From the NCBI GenBank assembly GCA_043822705.1, contig JBDRBK010000005.1:1-31691 (forward strand): DNA of 31,691 nucleotides, read 5' to 3'. Under the pieces are notes generated by a model, which made no database searches, was not told the DNA's origin, and worked only from the letters and a program-made list of their open reading frames with translations. A program made the translations under genes and the position numbers. How positions within the stretch are numbered: the stretch's first letter is position 1; the number at the start of each line of letters is the position of its first letter. Below, piece by piece: positions 17,496-28,700 of this stretch. This DNA is from Fidelibacterota bacterium (GTDB lineage Bacteria; Fidelibacterota; Marinisomatia; Marinisomatales; TCS56).

Positions 17496-18746
17496 ATGAA
17501 ACATGAATTCGGTTTCATCCCGGTGGCTTCATCACTGCTGACCGAAAGTAATCTCAACCAAATGTTGCGGGACTTCCGACCCGCGCTGGAAAATATCGGT
17601 GGCCAGCTCTTGACCGAAAAACAGATCAATCAGGCCAAGCCCTTGGTATTCCTTATTCCCACCGGCGGAACCGAACGGAAGATACTCGATCTGTTGGAAC
17701 AGCGCCACCAGAAAGCACCCCGTCAACCGGCGTTGTTGATAACCCATCCGGGGAATAATTCCCTGCCGGCCGGCCTGGAAGTCATGGCCAGCCTGCAGCA
17801 GAACCACACCAAAGGCCGGATATTCCATCTGCATGATCCCAACGATCAGGCCAGTTTGCAGGAAGTGCAGGATGTCAGCCACGATTTAGCCGTCCATTTG
17901 GAACTGACCAAATCCAGGATCGGTATCGTCGGCACGCCGTCGGACTGGCTGGTGGCCAGCAGTCCGGGGCCACAGATCGTCCGTCGGACCTGGGGGCCGG
18001 AAGTCGTGTCGATCAGTATAGACCGGATGATCGAAAACATGGACACTGCCGATAAATCATCGATCGATTTCCTGGTTGATGAACTGACCGGCGCTGCCCT
18101 CGGCATTCATGAACCGGCGAAGAAGGAATTGGCTGACTCCGCCCGCGTGTATCTGGCATTGAAACAGGTCGTCGAACGGTACAAGGTCGATGCCATCACT
18201 CTGCGCTGTTTCGATCTGGTGCAACTGCATTTAATGACCGGCTGTTTCGCCCTGTCGCATTTGAACGATGCCGGTATCATGGCCGGCTGTGAAGGTGATC
18301 TGGTCAGTACGATCGGCATGCTGTGGGTCAATAAACTGTTTGATCAGATTCCCTGGATGGCGAATCCGGCACATATCGATCAGAAAACCAACCGCGTGTT
18401 GCTGGCCCATTGCACGGTCGCCCGCAATCTGGTGCACAAATACCGGCTCCGCTCCCACTTCGAATCCGGTCTGGGCATGGCTATTCAGGGACAGCTTGAG
18501 CATGGTCCGGTAACGCTGCTGCGGATCGGCGGCCGATCGTTAAATAAAATCTGGCTGGCGGAAGGCAATATCATCGAAACCAGTGAAGTCGAGTACCTGT
18601 GCCGGACCCAGGCGACAATTGAGCTGACTGACGATTCAAACGTCGGCGAGCTGTTGAAAAATCCGCTGGGTAATCACATCGTTTTAATCAACGGGCATCG
18701 GGCGGATCGCCTGCGCCGCTGGTGGCAATTACTGATCGCTGATTAA
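17496..18746 (+). CDS. L-fucose/L-arabinose isomerase-like protein
   Basis: TGGTE, AITLRCFD, CFALSHLNDAGIMAGCEGD, LAHCT, CRTQ and LGNH motifs typical of FucI-like uncharacterised proteins. Confidence 0.75.
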   Translation: MKHEFGFIPVASSLLTESNLNQMLRDFRPALENIGGQLLTEKQINQAKPLVFLIPTGGTERKILDLLEQRHQKAPRQPALLITHPGNNSLPAGLEVMASLQQNHTKGRIFHLHDPNDQASLQEVQDVSHDLAVHLELTKSRIGIVGTPSDWLVASSPGPQIVRRTWGPEVVSISIDRMIENMDTADKSSIDFLVDELTGAALGIHEPAKKELADSARVYLALKQVVERYKVDAITLRCFDLVQLHLMTGCFALSHLNDAGIMAGCEGDLVSTIGMLWVNKLFDQIPWMANPAHIDQKTNRVLLAHCTVARNLVHKYRLRSHFESGLGMAIQGQLEHGPVTLLRIGGRSLNKIWLAEGNIIETSEVEYLCRTQATIELTDDSNVGELLKNPLGNHIVLINGHRADRLRRWWQLLIAD

Positions 18747-18755
18747 CCGGCTGCT

Positions 18756-19439
18756 TTATACCAGAAATCTGAACACGGCAAAAACATGACAGACGCTGCC
18801 GCCGATCACAAACAGGTGCCAGATGGCATGATTATACGGCAGGCGCTCCCAGGCATAGAATATTAATCCCACGATATAACAGGCGCCGCCGACCAGCAAC
18901 CAGATGGTCATCCCCAGCGGTACCATTTCCAGTAGCGGCTTGATGGCAAACAGAATCAGGGCGCCCATCAATACATAATAAGGGACCGAAAACCAGTTCA
19001 TTTTACTGAAAAAGAATATTTCATGAATCACGCCGGCCACGGCCATGACCCAAACGATTCCCAGCAGCGCCCAGCCCAGGGGATTCCGCAGGGCGACCAG
19101 AATTATCGGCGTGTAGGTACCGGCGATCAAAAAATAGATAGCCGCATGATCCAAAATCCGAAATACCTGTTTTACGCGCGGTTTGGTTATCCCATGATAC
19201 AATGAGGAAGTCAGGTATACTAGAAACAGTGAAAATCCGAAGACCACGAAACCGGCAATCCGCCAGGGGTCGCCGCTCCAGGTCGCGAATATGATTAGCG
19301 GTATCAGCGTCAGAAAGCTGAGAATGGCACCGATCCCGTGAGTGACACTATTCGCAATATCCTCTTTCAGCGTGTAGAAGATTTCGACCGGTTTAGAGTT
19401 TTTAAATGCGTTTATTTGTTTTTTTATTTTCTCGGCCAT
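18756..19439 (-). CDS. Hemolysin III / PAQR family membrane protein (YqfA/TrhA-like)
   Basis: EDIANSVTHGIG, SSLYH, DHAAIYFLIAGTYTP, HAIWHLFV...H; seven TM segments. Confidence 0.93.
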   Translation of the reverse strand: MAEKIKKQINAFKNSKPVEIFYTLKEDIANSVTHGIGAILSFLTLIPLIIFATWSGDPWRIAGFVVFGFSLFLVYLTSSLYHGITKPRVKQVFRILDHAAIYFLIAGTYTPIILVALRNPLGWALLGIVWVMAVAGVIHEIFFFSKMNWFSVPYYVLMGALILFAIKPLLEMVPLGMTIWLLVGGACYIVGLIFYAWERLPYNHAIWHLFVIGGSVCHVFAVFRFLV

Positions 19440-19448
19440 TTTTATTGA

Positions 19449-20570
19449 TCAGGCACAGGCCCGTAACCGGGCCGCCAGTTTATATTCCACAGCCAGCGTG
19501 TTCATCAAATCGGCCACCGGGATGATTTCCGCAACCCGATGGACATTGGCTCCAGCGAAGGTGAAACCATGCCGCAGGTTGCCTTTCCGGGCATTGATCA
19601 GCGCCGAGGCAATGCAATAGGGTGCTTTCTCCAGATCACAGGTGCGCAGGCATTTCCAGGAACATTTGAACGGCTTTTTTTCACCGGCGGCCACCTCGGT
19701 CAGAAAGGAATTGCGGATGGCCCGACCCGGCAGTCCGACCGGACTTTCGATAATCATGATATCCTCCGGTTTAGCCTCGAGGTACGATTGCTTGAAATTG
19801 TCATGGGCGTCGCATTCCCGGGTCGCAACAAAGCGCGTTCCCATTTGTACGCCGGCAGCACCCAATTCAATGAAGCGATAAATATCACCGCCGTCGAAGA
19901 TACCCCCGGCAGCGATCACCGGGACGGCCTGGCCATAACGCTGTTCAAAATCGGCTACAGTGGCAGTGATGGCAGGGACCAGCCGTTCCAGGGCCTGGGC
20001 CGGATCGGACAGAGCAGCCTTAGTGAAGCCCAGATGACCGCCGGCTAAAGGTCCCTCCACCACCACCGCGTCGGGAATGCGACCGAATTTACGGTCCCAA
20101 TGCTGAAAAATAATCCGGGCCGCCCTGTCCGAAGAAACGATCGGTGCGAAGCGAGTGGGTACTCCGCGTAACCGATCGGGTGGCAAGTGCGGTGAAAAAC
20201 GCAACGGCAGGCCGGCCCCTAAAAATAAAATATCTGCTGATTCAGCTACGGCACAATCGACCAGCGTTTCGTAATCCGAGAGTGCCACCATTATGTTAAC
20301 ACCGACGATACCATCGCTTATAGAACGGGCTTTGCATATCTCCTGCTTCAGTGCCCGCTCGTTGGCAGTCGCCAGATCGGTGTCCAATTGCGGTTGCCCC
20401 AACCCCAGTCCGATAGCGGAAATGACACCAATTCCACCGGCGTGGGCGACTGCGGTTGCAAGTCCTGCCAGTGAGACCCCGACGCCCATGCCACCCTGGA
20501 TAATCTGTAGGCGCGCCACAAGTTCACCAATTCGTAACTCAGGCATTTTAAAGATTTCGGACAATGTCAA
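19449..20570 (-). CDS. Nitronate monooxygenase / FabK-like FMN-dependent oxidoreductase
   Basis: IIQGGMGVGVS, EGPLAGGHLG, VIAAGGI, GAAGVQMGTRF, SPVGLPGRA, C-terminal CxxxCLxxC...YCI. Start may be ATG 20546. Confidence 0.88.
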   Translation of the reverse strand: MTLSEIFKMPELRIGELVARLQIIQGGMGVGVSLAGLATAVAHAGGIGVISAIGLGLGQPQLDTDLATANERALKQEICKARSISDGIVGVNIMVALSDYETLVDCAVAESADILFLGAGLPLRFSPHLPPDRLRGVPTRFAPIVSSDRAARIIFQHWDRKFGRIPDAVVVEGPLAGGHLGFTKAALSDPAQALERLVPAITATVADFEQRYGQAVPVIAAGGIFDGGDIYRFIELGAAGVQMGTRFVATRECDAHDNFKQSYLEAKPEDIMIIESPVGLPGRAIRNSFLTEVAAGEKKPFKCSWKCLRTCDLEKAPYCIASALINARKGNLRHGFTFAGANVHRVAEIIPVADLMNTLAVEYKLAARLRACA

Positions 20571-20594
20571 ATCCTTTCGCTGATTGTTGTGTCT

Positions 20595-20621
20595 TTCGAC
20601 TATTTCCGTATTTTGGTCGAA
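20595..20621. promoter_or_regulatory. Candidate TetR operator A
   Basis: TTCGAC-N15-GTCGAA inverted repeat upstream of the FabK-like gene; matches site B. Confidence 0.55.
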
Positions 20622-20637
20622 TCAATTCCAAAATTTT

Positions 20638-21210
20638 TTACCTGATTTCGATCCCCTTGAACAGGATATTGAGCATTTGCCCGCATTCCTGGGCAATATC
20701 GCCGTTCACCGCTTTGAGCAGCAGCGGATACTCCAGTCCCTTCAGGGCGATGGCAAAATTGCGGGCGGTCGCGGCGGCATCATCCACTTCGAAGACACCC
20801 TGGTCGATGCCTTCCCTGATCAGGTCGGTCAGAGTGGCGATTTCATATTCGGTGAAATCCCGGCGCGCTCGTTCCACAAACGCATACTGTTCCAGGTATT
20901 CGTCAGTCAGTGTGGTATAATAATTACTCAATTCCTGCAGATGCTGCATCCTGGTCAGCACATAAGCACCGATTTTTTCCTGTGGCGTCGACGCCCGGGT
21001 CATAGCTTCCTGCAGACGTTGCTTGAAATAGATAGAATCTTTGCTGATCACTTCGGCGAATATTTCATCCTTGCTTTTGAAATAATAATACAGGGTGGAT
21101 TTCCCCATCCGGGCCGCCCTGGCGATTTCGTCCATCGTCGTTTTGCGGATGCCAAACCGGGTGAATATCTTTTCCGCTGCGACTAATATTCGTTCTTTTT
21201 TTTCATCCAT
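20638..21210 (-). CDS. TetR/AcrR family transcriptional regulator
   Basis: ILVAAEKIFTRFGIRKTTMDEIARAARMGKSTLYYYFKSKDEIF HTH. Confidence 0.95.
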   Translation of the reverse strand: MDEKKERILVAAEKIFTRFGIRKTTMDEIARAARMGKSTLYYYFKSKDEIFAEVISKDSIYFKQRLQEAMTRASTPQEKIGAYVLTRMQHLQELSNYYTTLTDEYLEQYAFVERARRDFTEYEIATLTDLIREGIDQGVFEVDDAAATARNFAIALKGLEYPLLLKAVNGDIAQECGQMLNILFKGIEIR

Positions 21211-21231
21211 AATGATTAAGTTTTTAAACTA

Positions 21232-21258
21232 TTCGACTTTTTTAGTTTTTTGGTCCAT
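21232..21258. promoter_or_regulatory. Candidate TetR operator B
   Basis: TTCGAC-N15-GTCCAT, 21 bp upstream of the tetR start; same spacer length and the same T-rich TTTTG spacer end as site A. Confidence 0.5.
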
Positions 21259-21381
21259 CTAATGTACATCGAATTCACCATTATTGACACGATTTTTATG
21301 GCAGTACATACGATTATTGCCGAAAACGGTGGGTCGCACGATCTAAATTCCGTCAATGCAGATAATTAAAAAAGAGCGCGT

Positions 21382-21999
21382 ATGAGCAGTACAACCGTTG
21401 CCCACTCCAGACCTGTAGTCGGAATTATTCCCTATTTACTCGGCCGTTTTGGTCTGTGGATCGCCGGCTGGAAGCTTGAAGGCAGAATTCCAGCAGGCAG
21501 AAAATTTGTTCTGATTGCCGCACCCCATACCAGCAACTGGGATTTTCCGCTGCTGATAGCGGCCACCTTCAGCCTGCGCCTGAAAATATCCTGGTTCGGC
21601 AAGGATTCCCTGTTCAAGAAACCGTTCGGCTGGTTCATGCGCGGTCTGGGCGGAATCGCCGTGGACCGCTCCGCGCCACAGGGACTGGTCGAACAGTTGG
21701 TGGAACAATTCCAGCGGCATGATAAACTGGTGGTAGTAGTCCCGCCTTCCGGGACTCGCGCCAGACGGGAATACTGGAAATCCGGTTTTTACTGGATCGC
21801 CTTAAAAGCCCAGGTGCCGCTGCTGTGCGGCTTTCTGGATTTTAAACGTAAGGTGGCCGGCCTGGGACTGTCGTTCCTACCTACCGGCAATGTCAAGGCC
21901 GACATGGACCGCCTGCGGGAATTCTATTCCGGGATCAGTGGTAAATTCCCGGAAAAGGTCAGCGTCATCCGGCTGAAAGACGAATCCGATCCGGAGTAA
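21382..21999 (+). CDS. Lysophospholipid acyltransferase (PlsC superfamily)
   Basis: APHTSNWD (HX4D), GGIAVDR, PSGTR (usually PEGTR), WKSGFYWIA. Confidence 0.9.
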   Translation: MSSTTVAHSRPVVGIIPYLLGRFGLWIAGWKLEGRIPAGRKFVLIAAPHTSNWDFPLLIAATFSLRLKISWFGKDSLFKKPFGWFMRGLGGIAVDRSAPQGLVEQLVEQFQRHDKLVVVVPPSGTRARREYWKSGFYWIALKAQVPLLCGFLDFKRKVAGLGLSFLPTGNVKADMDRLREFYSGISGKFPEKVSVIRLKDESDPE

Positions 22000-22012
22000 T
22001 CGGTTTTTCCGG

Positions 22013-22741
22013 TTACTTCAAAAGAATCATTTTTATTGTCTGCGATCGGGCACCGAGCGACAATCGTGCCAGATACACTCCGCCTGAGGCGAAATGTCCC
22101 TGTTGGTCGCACCCATCCCAAACTACCGATTTCCACCCGGAATCTTCAAAACCTTCCAGCAGTTGCCGCACCAGGCGGCCCCGCAGATCGTAAACACCTA
22201 AACTGATCCGAGCCGGTTCTTCCACCATATATGTTATTGTGGTTGCCGGATTGAACGGATTGGGGTAATTCTGTTCCAAACCAAACCGGCGCGGAACGGC
22301 CGATCCGGTTGTCAGTCCGACGATCGTGTTAACAGCATCAAAGATATGGGGCGTTGCGACCGTACCGATTGCATCATCGGCGACAAACTGAATCTGGCTG
22401 ATCACCGCCAGTACCGTATCCTGATCCGCGTCCCAGACTCTGAATGTAACTATCTCCCCGCTGCCATTGGCCCGGACCATCAGAAAATAGCGCCAATCGG
22501 CAGCGGCGGCGCTGGCAAACCCCAGCCCCCGACACTGATCGCCGACAAATGCTGCCACCAGATCATTATTGTCAACCGAAAGTTGAGCATTAATGGTAAT
22601 GACTCCGGTAATGGTCATGAAATGCTCAAAAGCGGCCGGATCGACCGTCCAATAGTCCGGTGGATCGGCCAGGGCAGCAACAACCGTTGTCAGGATCAGG
22701 ATGGCGGTGAGCAAACCACCGGACTGTTTACTGCTCTGCAT
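22013..22741 (-). CDS. Secreted protein with T9SS-type/FlgD Ig C-terminal sorting domain
   Basis: Signal peptide; one DLVAAFVGDQCRG domain also present twice in the upstream giant protein; QNYPNPFNPATTI...GGVYL...KMILLK. TAATG coupling. Confidence 0.85.
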   Translation of the reverse strand: MQSSKQSGGLLTAILILTTVVAALADPPDYWTVDPAAFEHFMTITGVITINAQLSVDNNDLVAAFVGDQCRGLGFASAAAADWRYFLMVRANGSGEIVTFRVWDADQDTVLAVISQIQFVADDAIGTVATPHIFDAVNTIVGLTTGSAVPRRFGLEQNYPNPFNPATTITYMVEEPARISLGVYDLRGRLVRQLLEGFEDSGWKSVVWDGCDQQGHFASGGVYLARLSLGARSQTIKMILLK

Positions 22742-25700
22742 TATTTTAACAAAACCATTTTCCGTACTTCACGGAAGTTTTTACTTTCCATTACCACGAT
22801 GTACACGCCGGAAGTGACGGGACGACCGCCTTCGTTGGTGCTGTTCCAGACTACGTAACGGTAACCTGCTGTCAAATTTTCGTCCACTAGTGTGCGCACC
22901 TCCTGCCCCAGCAGGTTGAAAATCCGAATTTTCACCCGGGCGTCTTCCGGAATCCCAAATCCCAGTTTGGTATTGGGATTGAATGGATTGGGGAAATTCT
23001 GGCTGAGCGAATACACGTCCGGCACGTAGCCGTAATCACCGACGCGCAGGGCGGCCCGAGTGAGCTCGACCGGCTGGGCCGGGTTACCGATTATGTCATC
23101 GGCCCTGAAGGTGAAAATTTCATTGGCCTGGTAGGTGATACCGCTTTCCGCCTCATGGATCTTCAGGCTGATAGTCTCGCCAGCAGTGCCGTATATCATC
23201 AGGAAGACCCGGTATTGTTCCAGTGCCGGGACATAAATCGGACGGGCTACACCGCGAACTTCATCGCCAACAAAAGCAGCCACTGCATCGGCAGGATCAT
23301 TTATGCCGACAGTGTCGCTTTCCAGCAGCAGCGTTGCCGTCATACTGGTCCGGAATTGGTTGGGATTGGCCTGCCAGCGCGTCTTCGGCAGTTCGCTGCC
23401 GTCGAATCTGGCCAACGGCGGCGGTTCGAAACTGCGGTAGGCGTCGGTGGGATAAACCAGTGTATCGATCGCCGCACTCCACAGCTTGTAGCCGTAGCCC
23501 GGCCGCAGCCAGCGCAGACTGCCGATCCAGCCGTAGCCTTCCAGATACTGGGCATAGGAAAATTGATCCTTCACCAGGTCGTCTGAACCACTATTCAGCG
23601 AATACAAGGCATCATTGATATTGAAATTCTTCGATGGCAGGTAGCCGACCCAGTTCCAGCCGTTGGCGATTGCGATATCGATCGTATCCGGTCCTACCGG
23701 AAATCCGACGTAGTCCAACGTATTGGCTGTGTCCAGGTCGCTATAGTACATCCGGCCCAGCTGCAATCCGGTTTCGGCCAGCGGTCCGGACCAGCTCTTG
23801 TCCAGCAGCGAATACTGGGCATACTTCTCCAAGCCGATCAAACGGTCGCCCTCCTGCAGTCGAAAATCACTGAAAAGGGAATCCAGGTTGCCAGCGAGTT
23901 CGCTCTCCAGATTGAAGGAGAACCAGGTGTAGCCCCGGGTCAACGCCAGTTCCTGGGCCACGGCACCATTGGCGTTCAATGCCAGCGGCGTCATGGGCGT
24001 ACCGGCGTAGGTATCGCCGGTGAAAATCAGGGTGGTATCCACCTGCCAGTATTCGGTGCAGCCGGTGCGGTCCCAGACATGGAAATCAACGATATCGCCG
24101 CTGTACTCATCGCTGTACACCGTCAGATAAGCGATGTAATCATCCAGCAAGACATTGTGCTCGATATTGATCAGACCACGACATTCGCCGTTGACAAAAG
24201 CACCCAGACGGTCGTACTCATCGAGAGATTGAGTTCCTTTGACAAAAATCCGGGCAGTAACATTCATACTGTACTGGTAGTCCCGCGGTTCAAACGCCCA
24301 GACCGGATACGGACACATCGACACGACATTGACTGCTAAAGGCTCCCTGCCATCCGGCGTAGCAGCATAAATCACTACGCTGAATTCACCTACATTCAGG
24401 TTAGGATCGATCGTAAATTGAATATTGAAGGAACCGCCGGGATTGATTTCCCCGACCTTGGGATTCGCCGTCAGCCATTCGGGCAGGTCGGTAATCTCAA
24501 AGGCCTTGGCGCTCGAACCAATGTTATTCAACGGAATCGAGAACTGATTGGTCTCACCGATAATGGCCATCAGGTCAGTGGCGGGGACATTCCACGCAAT
24601 TGGATTGCGGTTGACCTGGAATGACCAGTGTATTGTATCACCGGGATTGCCGTACATATCCTCGAAGCCGAAGATGGTCGCTTCCACAAAATGATTTTCA
24701 AGGAATGAATTGTGGATCTGTGGTATGATGACGATCCGTTCATTGGAAACGCTGACCTCAATATCGGTAATCTGGCCTCCGGCCTGGCCGTCATATAAGA
24801 TCACGTTGCTTCTTAATACCGTGGCCGGGTTGATTGCTTCCGTCAGGTTGACCGCAATTTCATCATTCATATTCAGCACCTGGTCCGTCGGCTCGGGAGC
24901 GCCAATGACGGTCGGCTTAACGCGATCAATCGTTCCGCGCAGGGGTGGCAGTTCATTGGTCAGCAATCCTTCCAGACAGATGGACCGTAGTCGTATGTCA
25001 TAGATGCCGTCCAGCAGGTCCCCGACCGGCCAGCGCAGGACGGCGGCCACCATGTTATAAAGCCGCAACGTATCGGCCTCCAGAATATCGTTGATCGTGA
25101 ACCAGGCATCACCACCCAAGGGGCGGTACTGGAGCCAAAGTTGATCAAAATGACTCTGCTTCAGATCAAAACCGGTAGTAACGATATCCAGGGTATCATT
25201 GTTATTGATATTAATCACCCAGTTATTAGAAGGGTCATAGATTTCGGCTTCGGTGCATGGTCGCGCAAAATTGACGGTAAAGGGCAGCGTGAAACCATCG
25301 GTAACACCGGCATAGTTCGCCTCACATTCCGGGGCGAATTTCAGTTGCAGATTTTCGTATTCATAATAATCATCCGGTCCGCACCAGACGGCGATCTGGG
25401 CGCTGTCGGCGGCATAGGCCGCCAGGGTATAGGGAATCGGGTCGCTGCCACCGTTAATTGATACATCTGCTCCCAGAGGATTGCTGGATTCGACAAAGGA
25501 CAGGAAGTAGGTCCGCTCTTCATCCTGATCGTTCCGGAGCAGGACCGACAACAGCGCTACATCGTCGGGCAGGATGTTGCTGATCGTTCCACCCGGTGCC
25601 TGCCATTCCATGTACGGTACATCCCGGGGGGTAGTTACGATGGTCCCTTCCTCATTATACCAGGTTTCGTAGGGGCAGGAGGAATTACCGGCGATCACAT

Positions 25701-28700
25701 GGAAAACCGGGGTACCATAGACAGGATCAGACCCGACGCTGACGCTATAATCATCACCGAAATCGTCGTCTTCCAGGGTGAATGACGAGGTATTAGAATT
25801 AGTCTGGGTACTAGAGGTATTAAAACCCATATTGAAACCGAAATTGAATTTTGTCGTAAACTCAAACCCTGCCGCATCATTCAATGAGAAACCAATTTTC
25901 TGGGCGAATTCAGTATTGATTTCCATCCCGATTTCAAAACTGGCGGCTTTTTCAACCTCGGAAGTCCGGGACATGCTGAATGCGCCCGCACCACCTTCGA
26001 AGGAATAGTTGACCGTATCCTCGGCGATCCAGCGCAGGGAATCTTCCCGGGCCAGAATATTATTCCAGCGTCGCACCGATTCCAGCATAGTGGAGTCGGT
26101 CATGGCCAAAAATTCCAGTTCCGGGACCAGGTAATCTTCGATATAGCCGCGTGTGTACACAAAGGTAGTGGCGAAACCGTCAGGCACGAAAATTACTTCG
26201 GATGTAAGCGCATACTGGTAAACATCATTAGCGTAGATCAGGTCCAGCACTTTCGTTTCACCGTAAAGCAGGTTCAGGGCGCCGCCGACAAATAAATCGC
26301 CGCGGTTGCCCAGCACTTCCTCAACATCACTGGTGGAATAGCTGGTCTCGCAACTCAGGCAGACTTTTTGCGATACATTACTGGAAGCACTGAAACTGGC
26401 TGAGATGCCTGATGTCATTTCATAGGTAGTTTCCATGTCAAGTTCGGTAGCTACGATCCAGCCGATCGAGGTCGTAACACCGACCCCCAGTTTGGCCGAA
26501 TATTCCTGGCTGTAGCCCATTGACGTACCCATGGTGAAACCAATTTCAGTACATTGCGATTGTGACGATGTAAACTCGGATACACTCTGATCCCCCGGTG
26601 GGCGACGCAGGATCAGGAAAGGAATATCCGGGGCGGTGGTAGTAAAATCCATCTGTTGCGGTTTATGCCCCAAAACAACGGCGCGGGCAGTCCTGACAAC
26701 CGCCGGACGCCCCAGGTTATCGGTGGCGATCACTTCGATTGACTTACTGTAGGGCGGACTTCCGGTCGGACTTATATTCGGCTGACCGGGTAAGAGTCCG
26801 TAGCGATACAGGCCATCACTGCTGAAAGTGGCGCTTACCGTATCCGACCGATCACTGATCAGATCGACAATCTTGTAAGTTCCACTGTCTACCGGACAAT
26901 CGAAATTGTCCCAATAGCGCTCGAATGCAAATAGATCCAGCGTATCGCGGACGTTCTGGCGGAATTGCTTGTGGCCCAATTCATTGATCGGGAAACCAGT
27001 GATCGAAGTCTGCATTGCCGTCCGGTAATTAAATACTATCGTATCTTCTTCGCCGATCCACAAAGAATCTATCTGTGAAAAGCTTTCTTCGGTGTTGACC
27101 GACTTGCCGCTATTGGCGAAATATTCATCCATTGCGATCAATTCCGGAACCGCAGGATTATAAGTACCGGTTTCATTGATATTAACCACCAACTGATAGG
27201 ACTGCGGCGGCAGGTTGAGGAAGAAATAATTACCCGAAGCGTCTACCGTGACCGATTTATTGAATAAACCGGAGCTTGGCCGCAACTCAACCTTGGCCAC
27301 TCCCCGTGGACCCAAGGGGCATTCGCAGATACCCCCGGTAACGGTTCCGCGAATAGTACGGGTTTTCAGGTCGATAAAATTGGCGGTACGATTGATTATC
27401 ACATTGGTGAAATCGGTGCTGTACGGGGAAAAGTCCACCATTTCGCGTGATACTTTATAGGGCTTGATATTGACATCGGCACCCGGCTCAACTTCCACGC
27501 GGTAAAAACCGTCTTTATCAGTCATGACGCCTTTGAATACGCCATTCACCCAGATCTGAACATTTGATTCACCACACTGGATGCCTTCGGTATTATCGGT
27601 ATCGTAGTAAACAAACCCGGTGATTGACATCAGGTTGGTAACAGTAAAATTCTGGCCGTTGGCCACCGGAGTGGCATCTGCCAGATAGACCAGTCGATAA
27701 GTCGGATTGAAGTCGTGGTATTCCTTAGTGGGCGTTAAAGTAAAATTGACCCCGCTGCCATAGTTTATATTATTGATCTGGTAATTACCGTCCAGATCGG
27801 TATAAGCGGTGGCATAGACCGGCGGTTTGGCGGTCGACCAGGTATCAACGGTAAGACTGGCAATCGTGCCATTCTTAGTCTGATCTACGGCATTAGTGAC
27901 AATCGAACCGGAGCCGCCATCCATATTAAACTGGGCGGTCATGTGCGGATAATTGACTTCACCCAGGGTCTGGTAGTACAAATAGCGGTTATAGTCACGG
28001 GCTAGATCTGTGGCCGACCGCGCTTCGTTCCAGAACAACAGATCATCGAGATTCCCCCGGAAAAACAGGCCGCTGGTTGATTTTCCAATTAATACTATAT
28101 CAGATACCTGGTCGCTATGGACCAGAGTATAAGCAGTCTGACCGGAATTGATTGTGGCAGCCTGACCGTTTATGAAGAATTTCAATACAGCATTACCGTC
28201 AGTGCCGACGGTTTTTACCAGGGCAATATGGGTCCATTCATCGACGCCGATAGTGGCATCGCTGGTCATTACGATGACTTCATTGACCTTGAATATCAGT
28301 TTACTGTAACCGGAAAGATTCAGCAGACCAATTTCCCAGTGACTGCCCTTGGAGATAAGCGCTTCATCAGCTACGCGGGTCGGCCGGAGCCAGAATTCCA
28401 CCGTTGCTTCAGGCAGGTCGGTGTTGTCGACAATTTCGAACTCATCCCCATCAGGTACCGTCGCATAATCATCCGTGCCGTTAAAATAGAGGGAAGTACC
28501 CCAATTGGGCGTAAGTGTCAGTTTGGCATTGGGAATTTTTGTCCCCAGCGAAGTAGCGATATTGCCCGAGACTGACCCCACCGTGGAAGTTTTACCGACC
28601 GCTGTCGTCGGTTCGACGGTCCAGCCAAACGAATTTTTCCCAAGGATTTTATAACTGTATTCAGTGCCTACATTCAACTCAACGGCATCATCGGTATAGC

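Noticed and set aside
18756..19439. Hemolysin as a virulence toxin
   Set aside because: The HlyIII/PAQR family is a widespread membrane-homeostasis family; the name does not indicate toxicity here.
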